Below are positions 55,056 through 63,891 of a stretch of DNA of 64,000 bases, piece by piece. A model generated the notes under the pieces. The model worked only from the letters and a program-made list of their open reading frames with translations. It did not search any database and had not been told where the DNA came from. Origin of the DNA: a virus (Duplodnaviria; Caudoviricetes); IMG/VR virus record IMGVR_UViG_3300043220_000070, positions 11,577-75,576 of that record. One strand, given 5' to 3'. The translations under genes and the position numbers were made by a program. Within the stretch, counting starts at the first letter, position 1, and each line of letters opens with the position of its first letter.

Positions 55056-57044
55056 CTATACTCCCGTCCGCTCGCCCATAACCCCTAGGCCCTGGGCGCC
55101 TTCGGGTTGCGGGCGCTCCGTACCAGTGCGAGCCGTACTCAGTGAGAGTGGGCCTTGCTCCGGGCCAGGGACTTTGAAGCCTTCCTGCCCCGGGACGCTT
55201 CCCGTCATCTGCCGAATCCTCGCCTCTTCCACGAACTTCGCGGCGAACTCCTGCTGTCTGATGCGGGCCGCCATCTCCATCTCCCCATGCCGCTCCAGGG
55301 CCTGGGCCATCTGCTCCAGGATGATTACCGGGTCTTGCTCCGCCAGGTCAGCCCAAATGCGGTCGGTCTCCGCCATCGGGTCGTCCACCATGAGGATGTC
55401 CTCGAGGACGGTCATCAGCGACAGCATCGGCCGCCGTGGGTCGAGCGCCATGCGCGCGGCCGTCATGCGGACAGTCAAGTCGTCCGGCAACGCCGGCTTC
55501 ATCATGGGCATCGGCCGGTAGTGCCGCCCCGCATCCAGCTCCCTAAGCGGGTCGAACTCGATAGTGAACCAGGTCTTCTTAGGCGTCGCCGCCTGGAGCT
55601 CGAAAGAACCAATGATGGGGGCCGCCTTCTGCATCTGCGCCAGGATGCACGTACCCATGCGCACGCCAAATTGCTGAACACCATGCAGGTAGGGATATAT
55701 GGAACCCAAGGCCGCATTTGAAATCTGCTGAAGCAGGACGCCGCTCGCCAGGTTGGGCGTCACTGCTTGGAGGATGTTGGAGAGGATACCCTTCTGCCGC
55801 TCCGAATCCAAGAGCTCTATCAAGCGGTAGGCTTCTGGGGTAAGGGCCTGAGGACGCAGGGTATCGACAGATTCCTGCGGGGTCAGCGCAATGTGCGCCC
55901 CGATGCCCCGCTCAAACTCCGGTAGCTCACCGGTAGGCGTCTTGAACACCAAGGTGTCGTAAGTATTGAGAGTGAGGAACTGGAAGACAGTAGCGACAAG
56001 CTCGTTGTACTGCGGCACCTGCTCCTCAACAGCGCTCAGGATACCACGCCCAAGCTCCGCCACCTGAGTGGCCGGGCCGTGCCAGTTCAGCGCCTGCATC
56101 GACAAGGGGTCGGCCCTCTCCGTGAGGCGCGTTTCCAGGGCGGAGGAAAGCGTGGGCTTATGCTGCGCGTGCACCCCATTCACCGGCACACCCACCACAG
56201 GGAGCTCGTCGTAGGTGTAACCGTGATAGAACGGCGGGACGAGCCAGCGGGCATCCTTCCCCATCGTGTCGGCAATCGCCATACCGGTGAAGCCACCGGT
56301 CGAGACGGGGGAACCCACCATACCCAGCACCGCAGTAATCCCCTTCCTTGCCCCACGGTCGTTACTCCAGAACTCCAGCTTCATGGCGGGGGTATTCGGG
56401 TTGAAGTCCCCTCGGTCAACAAAGTCCTGATAGACCCCGGGGTAGCTCGCCACTAGGTCGCCCATAGTTGTGGGCTTCTCGATAACTACGTGGTTCAACC
56501 CCCACTGGTCGGTGTGGGGATAGACCAGGCGGGAGTCGTAGACTTCGGCAACGAGGGGCGAGCGGCGGTACTGGAGCGCCTCGGTTGTGACGTGAAACTT
56601 ACCCCAAATCATGCCGCGGAGTAGTGCCTGGTCGACAACCTGTGTCCATAGGGGCATCTGGTTGCGCATCCCGAAGAGCTCGTCCAGGTCGTAGACCAGC
56701 CCGTCCAAAGTGCGCTCGATGCGCCCTATGCTGCGGCGCGCCTCCTGGTTCTCATCCTCAGCACCCCGGAGGGGGATGCGCCAGACGACCGGATTACGGG
56801 TGAGGATGGACTTTGCCGCGTCGAAGCCAGTACGGGGCTCGTTCGAGATGAAGCGACGCGCCACCCCCAGCGGCTTCGACTGCTGAAGCACGTCCTGGAG
56901 GAGGTACATTTGATACCAGTAATCCTGCCTCAAGGAAAGCGGGCGCCAATATTGCTTGAGGTCACGCTGCCTTGTCAGCAGAGCGTTCTTCAGGTCGTCA
57001 AGCTGATTTGCTCCTCGAATTATTGCCGTCTGCGGAGGGGGCAT
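55056..57044 (-). CDS. Portal protein
   Basis: 662 aa after terminase; ISNEPRTGFD, helical C-terminus. Confidence 0.8.
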   Translation of the reverse strand: MPPPQTAIIRGANQLDDLKNALLTRQRDLKQYWRPLSLRQDYWYQMYLLQDVLQQSKPLGVARRFISNEPRTGFDAAKSILTRNPVVWRIPLRGAEDENQEARRSIGRIERTLDGLVYDLDELFGMRNQMPLWTQVVDQALLRGMIWGKFHVTTEALQYRRSPLVAEVYDSRLVYPHTDQWGLNHVVIEKPTTMGDLVASYPGVYQDFVDRGDFNPNTPAMKLEFWSNDRGARKGITAVLGMVGSPVSTGGFTGMAIADTMGKDARWLVPPFYHGYTYDELPVVGVPVNGVHAQHKPTLSSALETRLTERADPLSMQALNWHGPATQVAELGRGILSAVEEQVPQYNELVATVFQFLTLNTYDTLVFKTPTGELPEFERGIGAHIALTPQESVDTLRPQALTPEAYRLIELLDSERQKGILSNILQAVTPNLASGVLLQQISNAALGSIYPYLHGVQQFGVRMGTCILAQMQKAAPIIGSFELQAATPKKTWFTIEFDPLRELDAGRHYRPMPMMKPALPDDLTVRMTAARMALDPRRPMLSLMTVLEDILMVDDPMAETDRIWADLAEQDPVIILEQMAQALERHGEMEMAARIRQQEFAAKFVEEARIRQMTGSVPGQEGFKVPGPEQGPLSLSTARTGTERPQPEGAQGLGVMGERTGV

Positions 57045-57433
57045 TATGCGACCCTCCCTAACATTACCCAGATGGGACGGGCGGCCTTCTTCAAATTACA
57101 CTCCTTACAGCAGGGGGCAAGATTGTAGAAGTCATTAGTCCCACCCCGAGCTACGGGCTGAAGATGGTCAACACCCGTTGCCAGGGCGCCGCAGTAAATG
57201 CAATCCTGCCCGTAGTAGGCATACACAGCAGCCAACTCCTCCTGAGTGAGGAGTGGAGCGTTCCGCTGCCGCGCAAGTTGCCTCTGTGTTACGACTGAAC
57301 GGTTCCGCTCGCGCCATGCCTGAGCCCGAGCCTTATCCCGTTCTCGGTTCCTTGCGTACCAGCGCCTATCAGCGGCCCGCATCTTCTCCGGGTTCCGCCG
57401 GTTCCATCGCTGCTGAGGAGTTAGTTCGTTCAT
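57044..57433 (-). CDS. HNH endonuclease between terminase and portal
   Basis: CIYCG...VDHLQPVARGG...NLAPCCKECNLKK. Confidence 0.9.
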   Translation of the reverse strand: MNELTPQQRWNRRNPEKMRAADRRWYARNRERDKARAQAWRERNRSVVTQRQLARQRNAPLLTQEELAAVYAYYGQDCIYCGALATGVDHLQPVARGGTNDFYNLAPCCKECNLKKAARPIWVMLGRVA

Positions 57434-59217
57434 TACCTTAACCAAGGGCGTGGGGTGTTCCCGGCCATTCTACGGTCTTGCACAATACCATGAGGCCCAA
57501 CCATGATTATCTCATTCTCCTTAATAGGCCCTATAGAGCGTCCCTGCTTTGCAGTGTACCGCGCTGCCGCCTGGGGCGCAATATAGCATAGCCCCGCGTA
57601 GCACAGCACGATGTCGTCCTTCTGGCCCTTACCCGCCTCCTTGAGCCCGTGGCGTTTCTGCGCTACCTTCTGCCACGTAAAGGCACCCATCTGCTGCACC
57701 CCCCAAGCATCCGAAGTGTGGAAGAGGCCGGCAAACACCTTCTCACGGAGCGCGTTCAGGATGTGCTGGCGAATTTGGTTAGGGTGGCCCCACGGGTCTT
57801 GGATGGGCTTCTTGATGCTCATCGACTGACCAGGCTCAATAAAGAACCACAGATTCCTGTAGCCAGTATCCTGAACCTTAGCCACGCAGACTGAGCCGTA
57901 GGCATCGCGCTCTCCCCCCAGAAGGGCGTTGTTGTAATACTTGGCGATGGCCACAGCCATCGGTGCCGCTTCCTGGGGCGCCACCTTAACAGCCAGCCGT
58001 GCCGCGATGAACATATCGGCGCAATCCATCACGACAATAGCAGTGTAGTCAGCTCCTTCATCAAGGCCACCCCCCGCACAGTCCACCCACACAGCATAGG
58101 GCCGCCCGAGCTGGGGGCGCTGCCAGATGTGAAGTCCGGCCCCCATGAAGCCCACCGAGCTCCCCGGCACGCTCTCCACGATTTCCTTGGGAGGCTTGAC
58201 CGTCTGCCGGTACTGCTCCAGGTGGTTGATGCCCTCCTGGGTGGCAAAGTAGCTCCCGCCGGCCGTCAGGAAGCAACCCTCCAGTGTCTCCACGTACTCC
58301 TGGAGGAAGGGGGCGGAGGTCTTATCCTGTTCCGACTTCCGCACGCGGCGCCAGATGACCTGACCCACATCCAGGTCGTACTCATCCATGAGCTTCTCCT
58401 CCTCCCTAGTCGGGTGGAAGTTCTGGAGGAGGCCCTCCCACTCCTGCTCGGTGTAGGGCACGTCGCACCCGGGCGTGGTGCCCGCGCGGTAGCGCGGTTC
58501 CAACCACCAGGGGTAGAAGTGCGTTGACCACCGGGACTGCGGGTTGAAGGTCTTGGAGTCCGACACCATATCATAGAACTGACCCTCGGCCCCGTTGGGA
58601 GTCGACTCAATATCCATCCACCCAGCAGGCGGCCCGGGTACGGAGGGCGTGATGCCTCCGATGAGGATTTTGGCCTGGTCTCCCGGCCACTGGGCAAACT
58701 CACTCAAATGAGCTATGTGCGCGCTGTAGGCCCTACCAGTTCCCGACTTTTCCTCCCCCGAACCAAAGATGTAGCGGCAGCCTGTATCGGTGAGTTCCAA
58801 CTCATCGTCGTTATCGAGACCAATAGCGAACGGGAAGCCGTGCTGCTCCAAGTCCTTTAGGTGATGCTTGATACGGGTACGAAATGTTCCCGTAGTCTGG
58901 TCTTTCTGAGTCATCACCAAGCACTTCAGGCCCGAGTGGGTCACCATCCGCCGCAGATTCCTAGCCAGGATGTAGGACGACGCACGGGTCTGGCGCCCCT
59001 TGACCGTTATGTCGCGCCCTGTCTTATTGTGCGCCATTTGAATCTGCTGAGGATAGAGGTTGAACGGTACAACCTTGCCCTGCTCCGAGTCAATACTGAG
59101 CAAAGCTTCTATCCAATCTATCTCATCCTGGGGCGTTTCGCCAAAGAATAGACGTTGGATGTTGGGGTCGTCGAAGAGGTTCTCTTCTAGTCTCCGAACA
59201 GTGGAAGGTTCGGTCAT
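57433..59217 (-). CDS. terL: Terminase large subunit
   Basis: VPFNLYPQQ, KGRQ, HLSEFAQW, IESTPNG, FLQEY, nuclease VDCAGG...DY and KDDIV. Confidence 0.92.
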   Translation of the reverse strand: MTEPSTVRRLEENLFDDPNIQRLFFGETPQDEIDWIEALLSIDSEQGKVVPFNLYPQQIQMAHNKTGRDITVKGRQTRASSYILARNLRRMVTHSGLKCLVMTQKDQTTGTFRTRIKHHLKDLEQHGFPFAIGLDNDDELELTDTGCRYIFGSGEEKSGTGRAYSAHIAHLSEFAQWPGDQAKILIGGITPSVPGPPAGWMDIESTPNGAEGQFYDMVSDSKTFNPQSRWSTHFYPWWLEPRYRAGTTPGCDVPYTEQEWEGLLQNFHPTREEEKLMDEYDLDVGQVIWRRVRKSEQDKTSAPFLQEYVETLEGCFLTAGGSYFATQEGINHLEQYRQTVKPPKEIVESVPGSSVGFMGAGLHIWQRPQLGRPYAVWVDCAGGGLDEGADYTAIVVMDCADMFIAARLAVKVAPQEAAPMAVAIAKYYNNALLGGERDAYGSVCVAKVQDTGYRNLWFFIEPGQSMSIKKPIQDPWGHPNQIRQHILNALREKVFAGLFHTSDAWGVQQMGAFTWQKVAQKRHGLKEAGKGQKDDIVLCYAGLCYIAPQAAARYTAKQGRSIGPIKENEIIMVGPHGIVQDRRMAGNTPRPWLR

Positions 59218-59362
59218 TAAGGCCTCCCGTTACGCCTTCGCCAGCCGAGCCACCAGACAAGAAGGAAGAGCCCCCAGGCCGTATCGAATACATTGACGAC
59301 AATCAGAAGGGTCAGCCAATCCACCAGGGTCGCCCTCCTCTACATTATGCACGGCCCACCTC

Positions 59363-59875
59363 CTAGAAGAAGCTCATACGCTCTTGGGCACGGGCCTGAG
59401 CCCTAGTCATCCCCCGCAGGGTATCCCGCTGCCCCACCCTACGCTGAGCCTCGGCACCGGCCCGGGTCATACCAGGCTGCCCTCTTAGTTCCTGCTGTTG
59501 CTCCAACCTACTCGTCGCCTCAAAGCGACCCCTTGTCGTACCCCGCGGGAGAAACTGTTCGCGCCACTCTCGCTGTCGCGCCCGAATACGCTCCCTACCA
59601 GTCATCAAGGCTGCCTGCTGAAACTGCTGTGGGCGACGCTGGAACGCGGCCTGGAAGGGGCTACCAGCACCTTGAGTAGCCGCGGCGCGAGGCGGGGCGG
59701 CCATAGCCTTCTGGAACCCGGGCTCCGTAATCATCCCCGCTCCCAGTTGGAGGTTCAGCAGGGCCTGGACTTCCGGGCTCCGCTTAGACCTGGGCGTGGT
59801 GGGGCCGGGCATCAACCCAGCGCCCTGGCGGAGTAGGCGCTCTGCACGGATTTTGGGGCCAAAGCCATGCGGCAT
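59363..59875 (-). CDS. Arg/Gln-rich basic protein
   Basis: Track ORF, highly basic. Confidence 0.55.
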   Translation of the reverse strand: MPHGFGPKIRAERLLRQGAGLMPGPTTPRSKRSPEVQALLNLQLGAGMITEPGFQKAMAAPPRAAATQGAGSPFQAAFQRRPQQFQQAALMTGRERIRARQREWREQFLPRGTTRGRFEATSRLEQQQELRGQPGMTRAGAEAQRRVGQRDTLRGMTRAQARAQERMSFF

Positions 59876-59876
59876 G

Positions 59877-60107
59877 TTACTTCTCCTTTGCCTTACCCAG
59901 CTTCATCCCCCGCGCTCCCGCAGCGAATTGAACCTGCTTCATTAGAGTCTTATCCCCAGTCCTTCCAGCCCGTGCCCAGAGGGTGCGTAGGTCAGCATCG
60001 CTGAGCCCCTTACTCCCGGGGGTAGGGTCTTTTTTCCCTAGCGCGCCGGTCGTACCACGCCGCTCCATGCTGCGCCGAGCCTTCGCCATCCACTTCTTTG
60101 CAGCCAT
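59877..60107 (-). CDS. Small basic protein
   Basis: MAAKKWMAKARR...GALGK. Confidence 0.65.
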   Translation of the reverse strand: MAAKKWMAKARRSMERRGTTGALGKKDPTPGSKGLSDADLRTLWARAGRTGDKTLMKQVQFAAGARGMKLGKAKEK

Positions 60108-60108
60108 G

Positions 60109-60297
60109 CTATTTCCTCAACTTGCCTCGCCGCCGCATTTCAAGAGCGATTGCAACAGCTTGGTCTTGCGGTCGGCCTTCTCTGCGCAACTTCCGAATCT
60201 TCGCACTTACTGTCATCTTCGGGTTGAGTACGGCCCGCTTCTTCCGGTTATCAGGCACGCTCGTGCTTGTCTTTAAGGTGTCGGTCGTCCCGGCCAT
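60109..60297 (-). CDS. Small basic protein
   Basis: KIRKLRREGRPQDQAVAIAL. Confidence 0.65.
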   Translation of the reverse strand: MAGTTDTLKTSTSVPDNRKKRAVLNPKMTVSAKIRKLRREGRPQDQAVAIALEMRRRGKLRK

Positions 60298-60427
60298 TGC
60301 TCGTACTCAACCCCAGCTCCCCGTGGCTCTTTCGGAACTCTCGTAGGGCCTCTTCTTCCGCATAGGTTGGGTAGAGCCGCGGCTGTTCCCGAAACCTAAG
60401 AACCTTGACCTTCTTCTTACCAGCCAA

Positions 60428-60847
60428 CTACGCGCCTCTCGGAGCCTCCGCCGGCTCAGGGGACGGCGGCTGCGTGGGGCCGGGCATCTTCCCGAGTTCC
60501 GGCTCCGGCTGCACCGTCCGGGCCAGCAGCGTCCGCAGTTCCTGAATTTGGCCCTTGAGAGCCGAAATCTTCTTATCGAACTCCATGTCCTGCCGCCGGT
60601 ACTCCTCCTGTACCTCGTAGGGAGGCTTGTAGGACTTCTTCGGCCGGCCGCCTAGAGGTGAGGGCGCCGGGTACATCTTGGCGTAGAGCTCAGCCTGTTG
60701 GTTCCGCAGGTCGTTCAGCTCCCTAATGAGCTTCTGGAGAAACTCTGGCGTCTGCTGTGCGTGGTCGGCCGGGATGGGCGGGTTCGCCGTCCCCGTCGCC
60801 TGAGCAGCGGGAGTTTGAATGTTCTGGTCTTGGGCGGGGGTGCTCAC
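60428..60847 (-). CDS. Coiled-coil hypothetical protein
   Basis: Within track ORF 60428..60880; probable GTG start 60847. Confidence 0.6.
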   Translation of the reverse strand: MSTPAQDQNIQTPAAQATGTANPPIPADHAQQTPEFLQKLIRELNDLRNQQAELYAKMYPAPSPLGGRPKKSYKPPYEVQEEYRRQDMEFDKKISALKGQIQELRTLLARTVQPEPELGKMPGPTQPPSPEPAEAPRGA

Positions 60848-60891
60848 TTGTGCCCCCTGATGACCGTATTCGCATGGCATGGTTAGACTCC

Positions 60892-61263
60892 TTAGCTCGG
60901 GAGCTTCTTCAATAGAACGAGGAATGTACGGTTAGCCGCCTCTCCCGCAGAGAGGGACAATCGCAGTCGAGCGCCAACGATGGGTGAGATGCTCTGGGGC
61001 ACCTGGAGCCACTCATCGACAGCGACATTCTCCCACCAGGTAATTGCAGCGCCGGCATTAGTCAGCGGTGTATAGAACGTACCCGACCCCGGGTCAATCT
61101 CAGGAGTGATGTCATTCGTAGAGTCATCGAGCGCAGCCGGCGTGATGAGTCCTATGACCTCATATCCAGTGATGCCTATCACCTCGGAGAGGTCGTCGTC
61201 CTCCGAAATATCAACAAGAGCCGGGCTCCAGATGTACTGGTCAAGATAGGGGGGCATAAGCAT
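60892..61263 (-). CDS. Small beta-sandwich virion-type protein
   Basis: SD GGAGG; promoter upstream; beta pattern ending RLRLSL. Confidence 0.6.
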   Translation of the reverse strand: MLMPPYLDQYIWSPALVDISEDDDLSEVIGITGYEVIGLITPAALDDSTNDITPEIDPGSGTFYTPLTNAGAAITWWENVAVDEWLQVPQSISPIVGARLRLSLSAGEAANRTFLVLLKKLPS

Positions 61264-61277
61264 CTTCCTCCTTCTGT

Positions 61278-61318
61278 AGTATAGGGGGTGTCGGGATGTA
61301 ATGTCAAGTGAGGGACAA
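61278..61318 (-). promoter_or_regulatory. Consensus promoter sharing 19 bp with the capsid promoter
   Basis: TTGACA(61307-61302)-N18-TATACT(61283-61278); AATGTCAAGTGAGGGACAA identical to 48770-48788. Confidence 0.85.
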
Positions 61319-61327
61319 TGGTTTTTG

Positions 61328-61355
61328 TGGCCCCTCAGGGAGGACTCGAACCCGA
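61328..61355 (-). other. tRNA-like 3' end (T-loop to CCA), not a complete tRNA
   Basis: GGGTTCGAGT-CCTCC-CTGAGGG-G-CCA at canonical spacing; no complementary 5' acceptor strand found. Confidence 0.4.
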
Positions 61356-61357
61356 CG

Positions 61358-61747
61358 TTAGGCTGCTACAGCAGACCCGTTCCGCGCGCCCCCATGTACT
61401 TTCACGGAATTTCTCAAGTGCTCATCGTGGGCTCGCAGACATTCTTGTGCGTGGCCTCGCTTTACTATCATATGAGACTCTAGCCTGCGTACTACCCGAG
61501 CAGCGTTCTTGCCTTGGTAGGAAAGCCTCCAGCACCTCTTCCTTGCACTAGGCCGGTCGTAAAAGAATAATGTTCCCTTACACTCCAGAGTTTCCTGAAT
61601 AGCAGCAAGTACTTCTCGGTCTGTGTTGATAAACTGAATCTGAAGCCTGTAGTAGGTCTTACAATTGTACGCTTTGTAGGCGTAGTAGCCCACCGTCCCA
61701 TCGGCATCAAAGAACCCCGCAATATACTCAGGACTGAGACTGCGCAT
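61358..61747 (-). CDS. Single-motif LAGLIDADG homing endonuclease
   Basis: YIAGFFDADG...RLQIQFINTDREVL..IQ..L..G. Confidence 0.9.
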   Translation of the reverse strand: MRSLSPEYIAGFFDADGTVGYYAYKAYNCKTYYRLQIQFINTDREVLAAIQETLECKGTLFFYDRPSARKRCWRLSYQGKNAARVVRRLESHMIVKRGHAQECLRAHDEHLRNSVKVHGGARNGSAVAA

Positions 61748-62024
61748 GTCGCCTCCCTCTCGTCCCCCCCGCGTTTAACACCTGTTCAATACGGCCGGCG
61801 ATACTCAGGATTTTCGTGGCGACCCAGGCGTCCGAGACACCAAGAAAAGACGCCACGTAGTGTATGGCATTCTCCACAGGAGCCCCCACTTCAACTGGAA
61901 CCTTCTCCTTCACCTTTTCCGGCACCTTCTCCGGTACGGGCTCCGGCATAGGAAGGGTCTTGGGCAGAACTCTGGGCTTGGCCACAATCTCCGTCAAAGG
62001 GGCTCCAATTCTCCTACTCATCAT
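61728..62024 (-). CDS. Protein with N-terminal Pro/Glu/Val-rich peptide segment
   Basis: MMSRRIGAPLTEIVAKPRVLP...PEPVPEKVPEKVKEKVPV. Confidence 0.55.
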   Translation of the reverse strand: MMSRRIGAPLTEIVAKPRVLPKTLPMPEPVPEKVPEKVKEKVPVEVGAPVENAIHYVASFLGVSDAWVATKILSIAGRIEQVLNAGGTRGRRHAQSQS

Positions 62025-62754
62025 CCACCTCCCCCGGGAACTGCCGCCCTGGTTCGAGCTGGTGGTGCTTGTACCCCTCCCCAAACCAGTCGCGATTCAT
62101 GTGGTAGGTGATTTCCCTCTCTTCCCGCCAGTCATTCGTAACGAGACATATGGGACAACCGCTAAGGTCGTCTTTCTCCAAGATGGGGACTCCCAGACTG
62201 AGAGCAATCTCCTCCAGTACTTCGCGCTGGTCGCGTTCCACCATCATCCCCATACCAAGAGCGTAAGACCCGTAAGGCCCCCAGGAGGGGATGGGGGAAA
62301 CCGGGTGGCCCTGTGCCTGGTCAATGTCGGAAATTGGGACGTACACCTTCCAATTCGGTTGTGAGGGAGTCAGCAAATAGTCAACAGTGTACTGCGTTGT
62401 ACGGCCCCCACTCATGTGCAGCATGGTGCGCTCCAGGCAGGTGACGTGCGCATAGGCATTGGCGTCACTCACCCAGGCATCCTGGTAGGTACGGAAGAAA
62501 TACGAACCGCAAGTGCAATCCCAATCCGGTGCCGGGCCTTCATGAGGAACCTTTGGCCCGCCTTCGCCGCGCTTCGCTAGGAGCTCCCGGGCCGTCTCCG
62601 TCATCCACATCGCCCCCGAGATACCGTCGCACTCCGCCGCCTTCTGGGTACGGTTGTGTAGGTGCTGGCCCGCCTGCCCACGGAGAGTAGGCCGGCCGGT
62701 CTTGAGACAGCCAGCATAAGAGAACACGCGGAAACCGTGGATGAAAGCCGACAT
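62014..62754 (-). CDS. Cys/His-motif hypothetical protein
   Basis: AEC...HEGPAPDWDCTCGSY; TGG-TATAAT 8 nt before ATG. Confidence 0.7.
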   Translation of the reverse strand: MSAFIHGFRVFSYAGCLKTGRPTLRGQAGQHLHNRTQKAAECDGISGAMWMTETARELLAKRGEGGPKVPHEGPAPDWDCTCGSYFFRTYQDAWVSDANAYAHVTCLERTMLHMSGGRTTQYTVDYLLTPSQPNWKVYVPISDIDQAQGHPVSPIPSWGPYGSYALGMGMMVERDQREVLEEIALSLGVPILEKDDLSGCPICLVTNDWREEREITYHMNRDWFGEGYKHHQLEPGRQFPGEVDDE

Positions 62755-62763
62755 GGTACTTTA

Positions 62764-63159
62764 TTATACCACCTTTAGGCGGCCTCCTGCATTGCGGTAT
62801 GTCGCCAGAACGGTTTTTCGGTGATGCTCCGCCTCACTTTCCAGCGCAGCCCGCATCGGGACACGGTAGCGCCGAAAGAGGCACCAGAGGAAAGCGTAGA
62901 ACGGTGCAGAGTGCTCCCCCCGGTACCATGACTTTGTACGGAGTAGGATTTGGTGGGCCATCTCATGGACAAGCGTAATCCGGCTGTCCATCTTGTCCGT
63001 GCCTGCCGTCACCGTTACAATCTCCCCGTCTAAGGTACAAGTTCCCCCGGAGGAGTAGCGTGGGCGCCGGCAGTTGCGCCAATGCAGAACAGGAGGGAGG
63101 ACACCGTAATCCCCCGACATCATCTCCACTAAGTTTCGAGCCCAACGCGGGGCGTCCAT
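62764..63159 (-). CDS. SprT-like zinc metallopeptidase
   Basis: TLVHEMAHQ...EHSAPF. Confidence 0.75.
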   Translation of the reverse strand: MDAPRWARNLVEMMSGDYGVLPPVLHWRNCRRPRYSSGGTCTLDGEIVTVTAGTDKMDSRITLVHEMAHQILLRTKSWYRGEHSAPFYAFLWCLFRRYRVPMRAALESEAEHHRKTVLATYRNAGGRLKVV

Positions 63160-63170
63160 AGAGTGAGCTC

Positions 63171-63362
63171 CTAGTCCACTACAGCCGGCTCCGGCACGCC
63201 CACCTTGGCGCAGTGAGGGCACTTGGCCTCCACCACGTCCAGCTCCCGGGCGAACTGGGTATGTATCAACCCGCGGCCGCACTCACAGGAGACTGGAGGA
63301 ACCAGGCACGCCGGGCAATCTCGGTTGTCCCGTTCGTGAAACTCCCAAAACCCGGGTTTCAT
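63171..63362 (-). CDS. Small zinc-binding protein
   Basis: CPAC, CECG, CPHC. Confidence 0.55.
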   Translation of the reverse strand: MKPGFWEFHERDNRDCPACLVPPVSCECGRGLIHTQFARELDVVEAKCPHCAKVGVPEPAVVD

Positions 63363-63363
63363 C

Positions 63364-63513
63364 TTAGCTCTCCAGTGCTTTTTCCAGTTCTTTCAACCCC
63401 GCCTTTAACAAAGCGGTGCTTCCCGTCGGGCTAGATTGCATCTTCAACCAGGATGGCAAGAGCAGCGCGGCCAGCATTTTCCGAGAAGGGCTCTGGGCAG
63501 GGCGGATTGGCAC
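63364..63513 (-). CDS. Small hypothetical protein (49 aa)
   Basis: Manual translation MPIRPAQSPSRKMLAALLLPSWLK...; fills the gap between neighbours. Confidence 0.45.
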   Translation of the reverse strand: MPIRPAQSPSRKMLAALLLPSWLKMQSSPTGSTALLKAGLKELEKALES

Positions 63514-63514
63514 C

Positions 63515-63841
63515 TTAGTCACCACTCCAGAGTATACCACGCACGCGCGGAGTCTGGCCGGCCGTCACGTTGATGAATGAGATGTTGGTACCGATTTCTA
63601 GGTCACGCTCATCGTAGGCGTCGCCCTCCTCCAACAGCAGGTCAGAGGCTATAGCGGTGGCGTCAAAAGCGAGGGCCACAGACCCCGGCCCCTCGTTTAT
63701 CAGGGACAAGGTACGACCCTTCTTGTTCACCGGAACCGCCACCAGGTCTTCGGCCGTCGCCGCTACAGCCAACGTAACATCAAAGGGCGTAGAGGTGTCG
63801 GCGAACGGGTATGTGAACTTGGGCTTTGGTCTAATGGGCAT
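63515..63841 (-). CDS. Small jelly-roll-like virion-type protein
   Basis: SD AGGAGG; RTLSLINEGPGSVALAF beta pattern. Confidence 0.65.
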   Translation of the reverse strand: MPIRPKPKFTYPFADTSTPFDVTLAVAATAEDLVAVPVNKKGRTLSLINEGPGSVALAFDATAIASDLLLEEGDAYDERDLEIGTNISFINVTAGQTPRVRGILWSGD

Positions 63842-63861
63842 GGTTCAATCCTCCTACCTAT

Positions 63862-63891
63862 ACTATAGCGGGCGGGGGCGGTGGGGCGCAA
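63862..63891 (-). promoter_or_regulatory. Promoter at the start of the - arm
   Basis: TTGCGC(63891-63886)-N18-TATAGT(63867-63862). Confidence 0.65.

Noticed and set aside
61328-62100. Intact intron-containing tRNA with the LAGLIDADG inside
   Set aside because: No 5' half complementary to the acceptor 3' strand CTGAGGG was found upstream of the ORF
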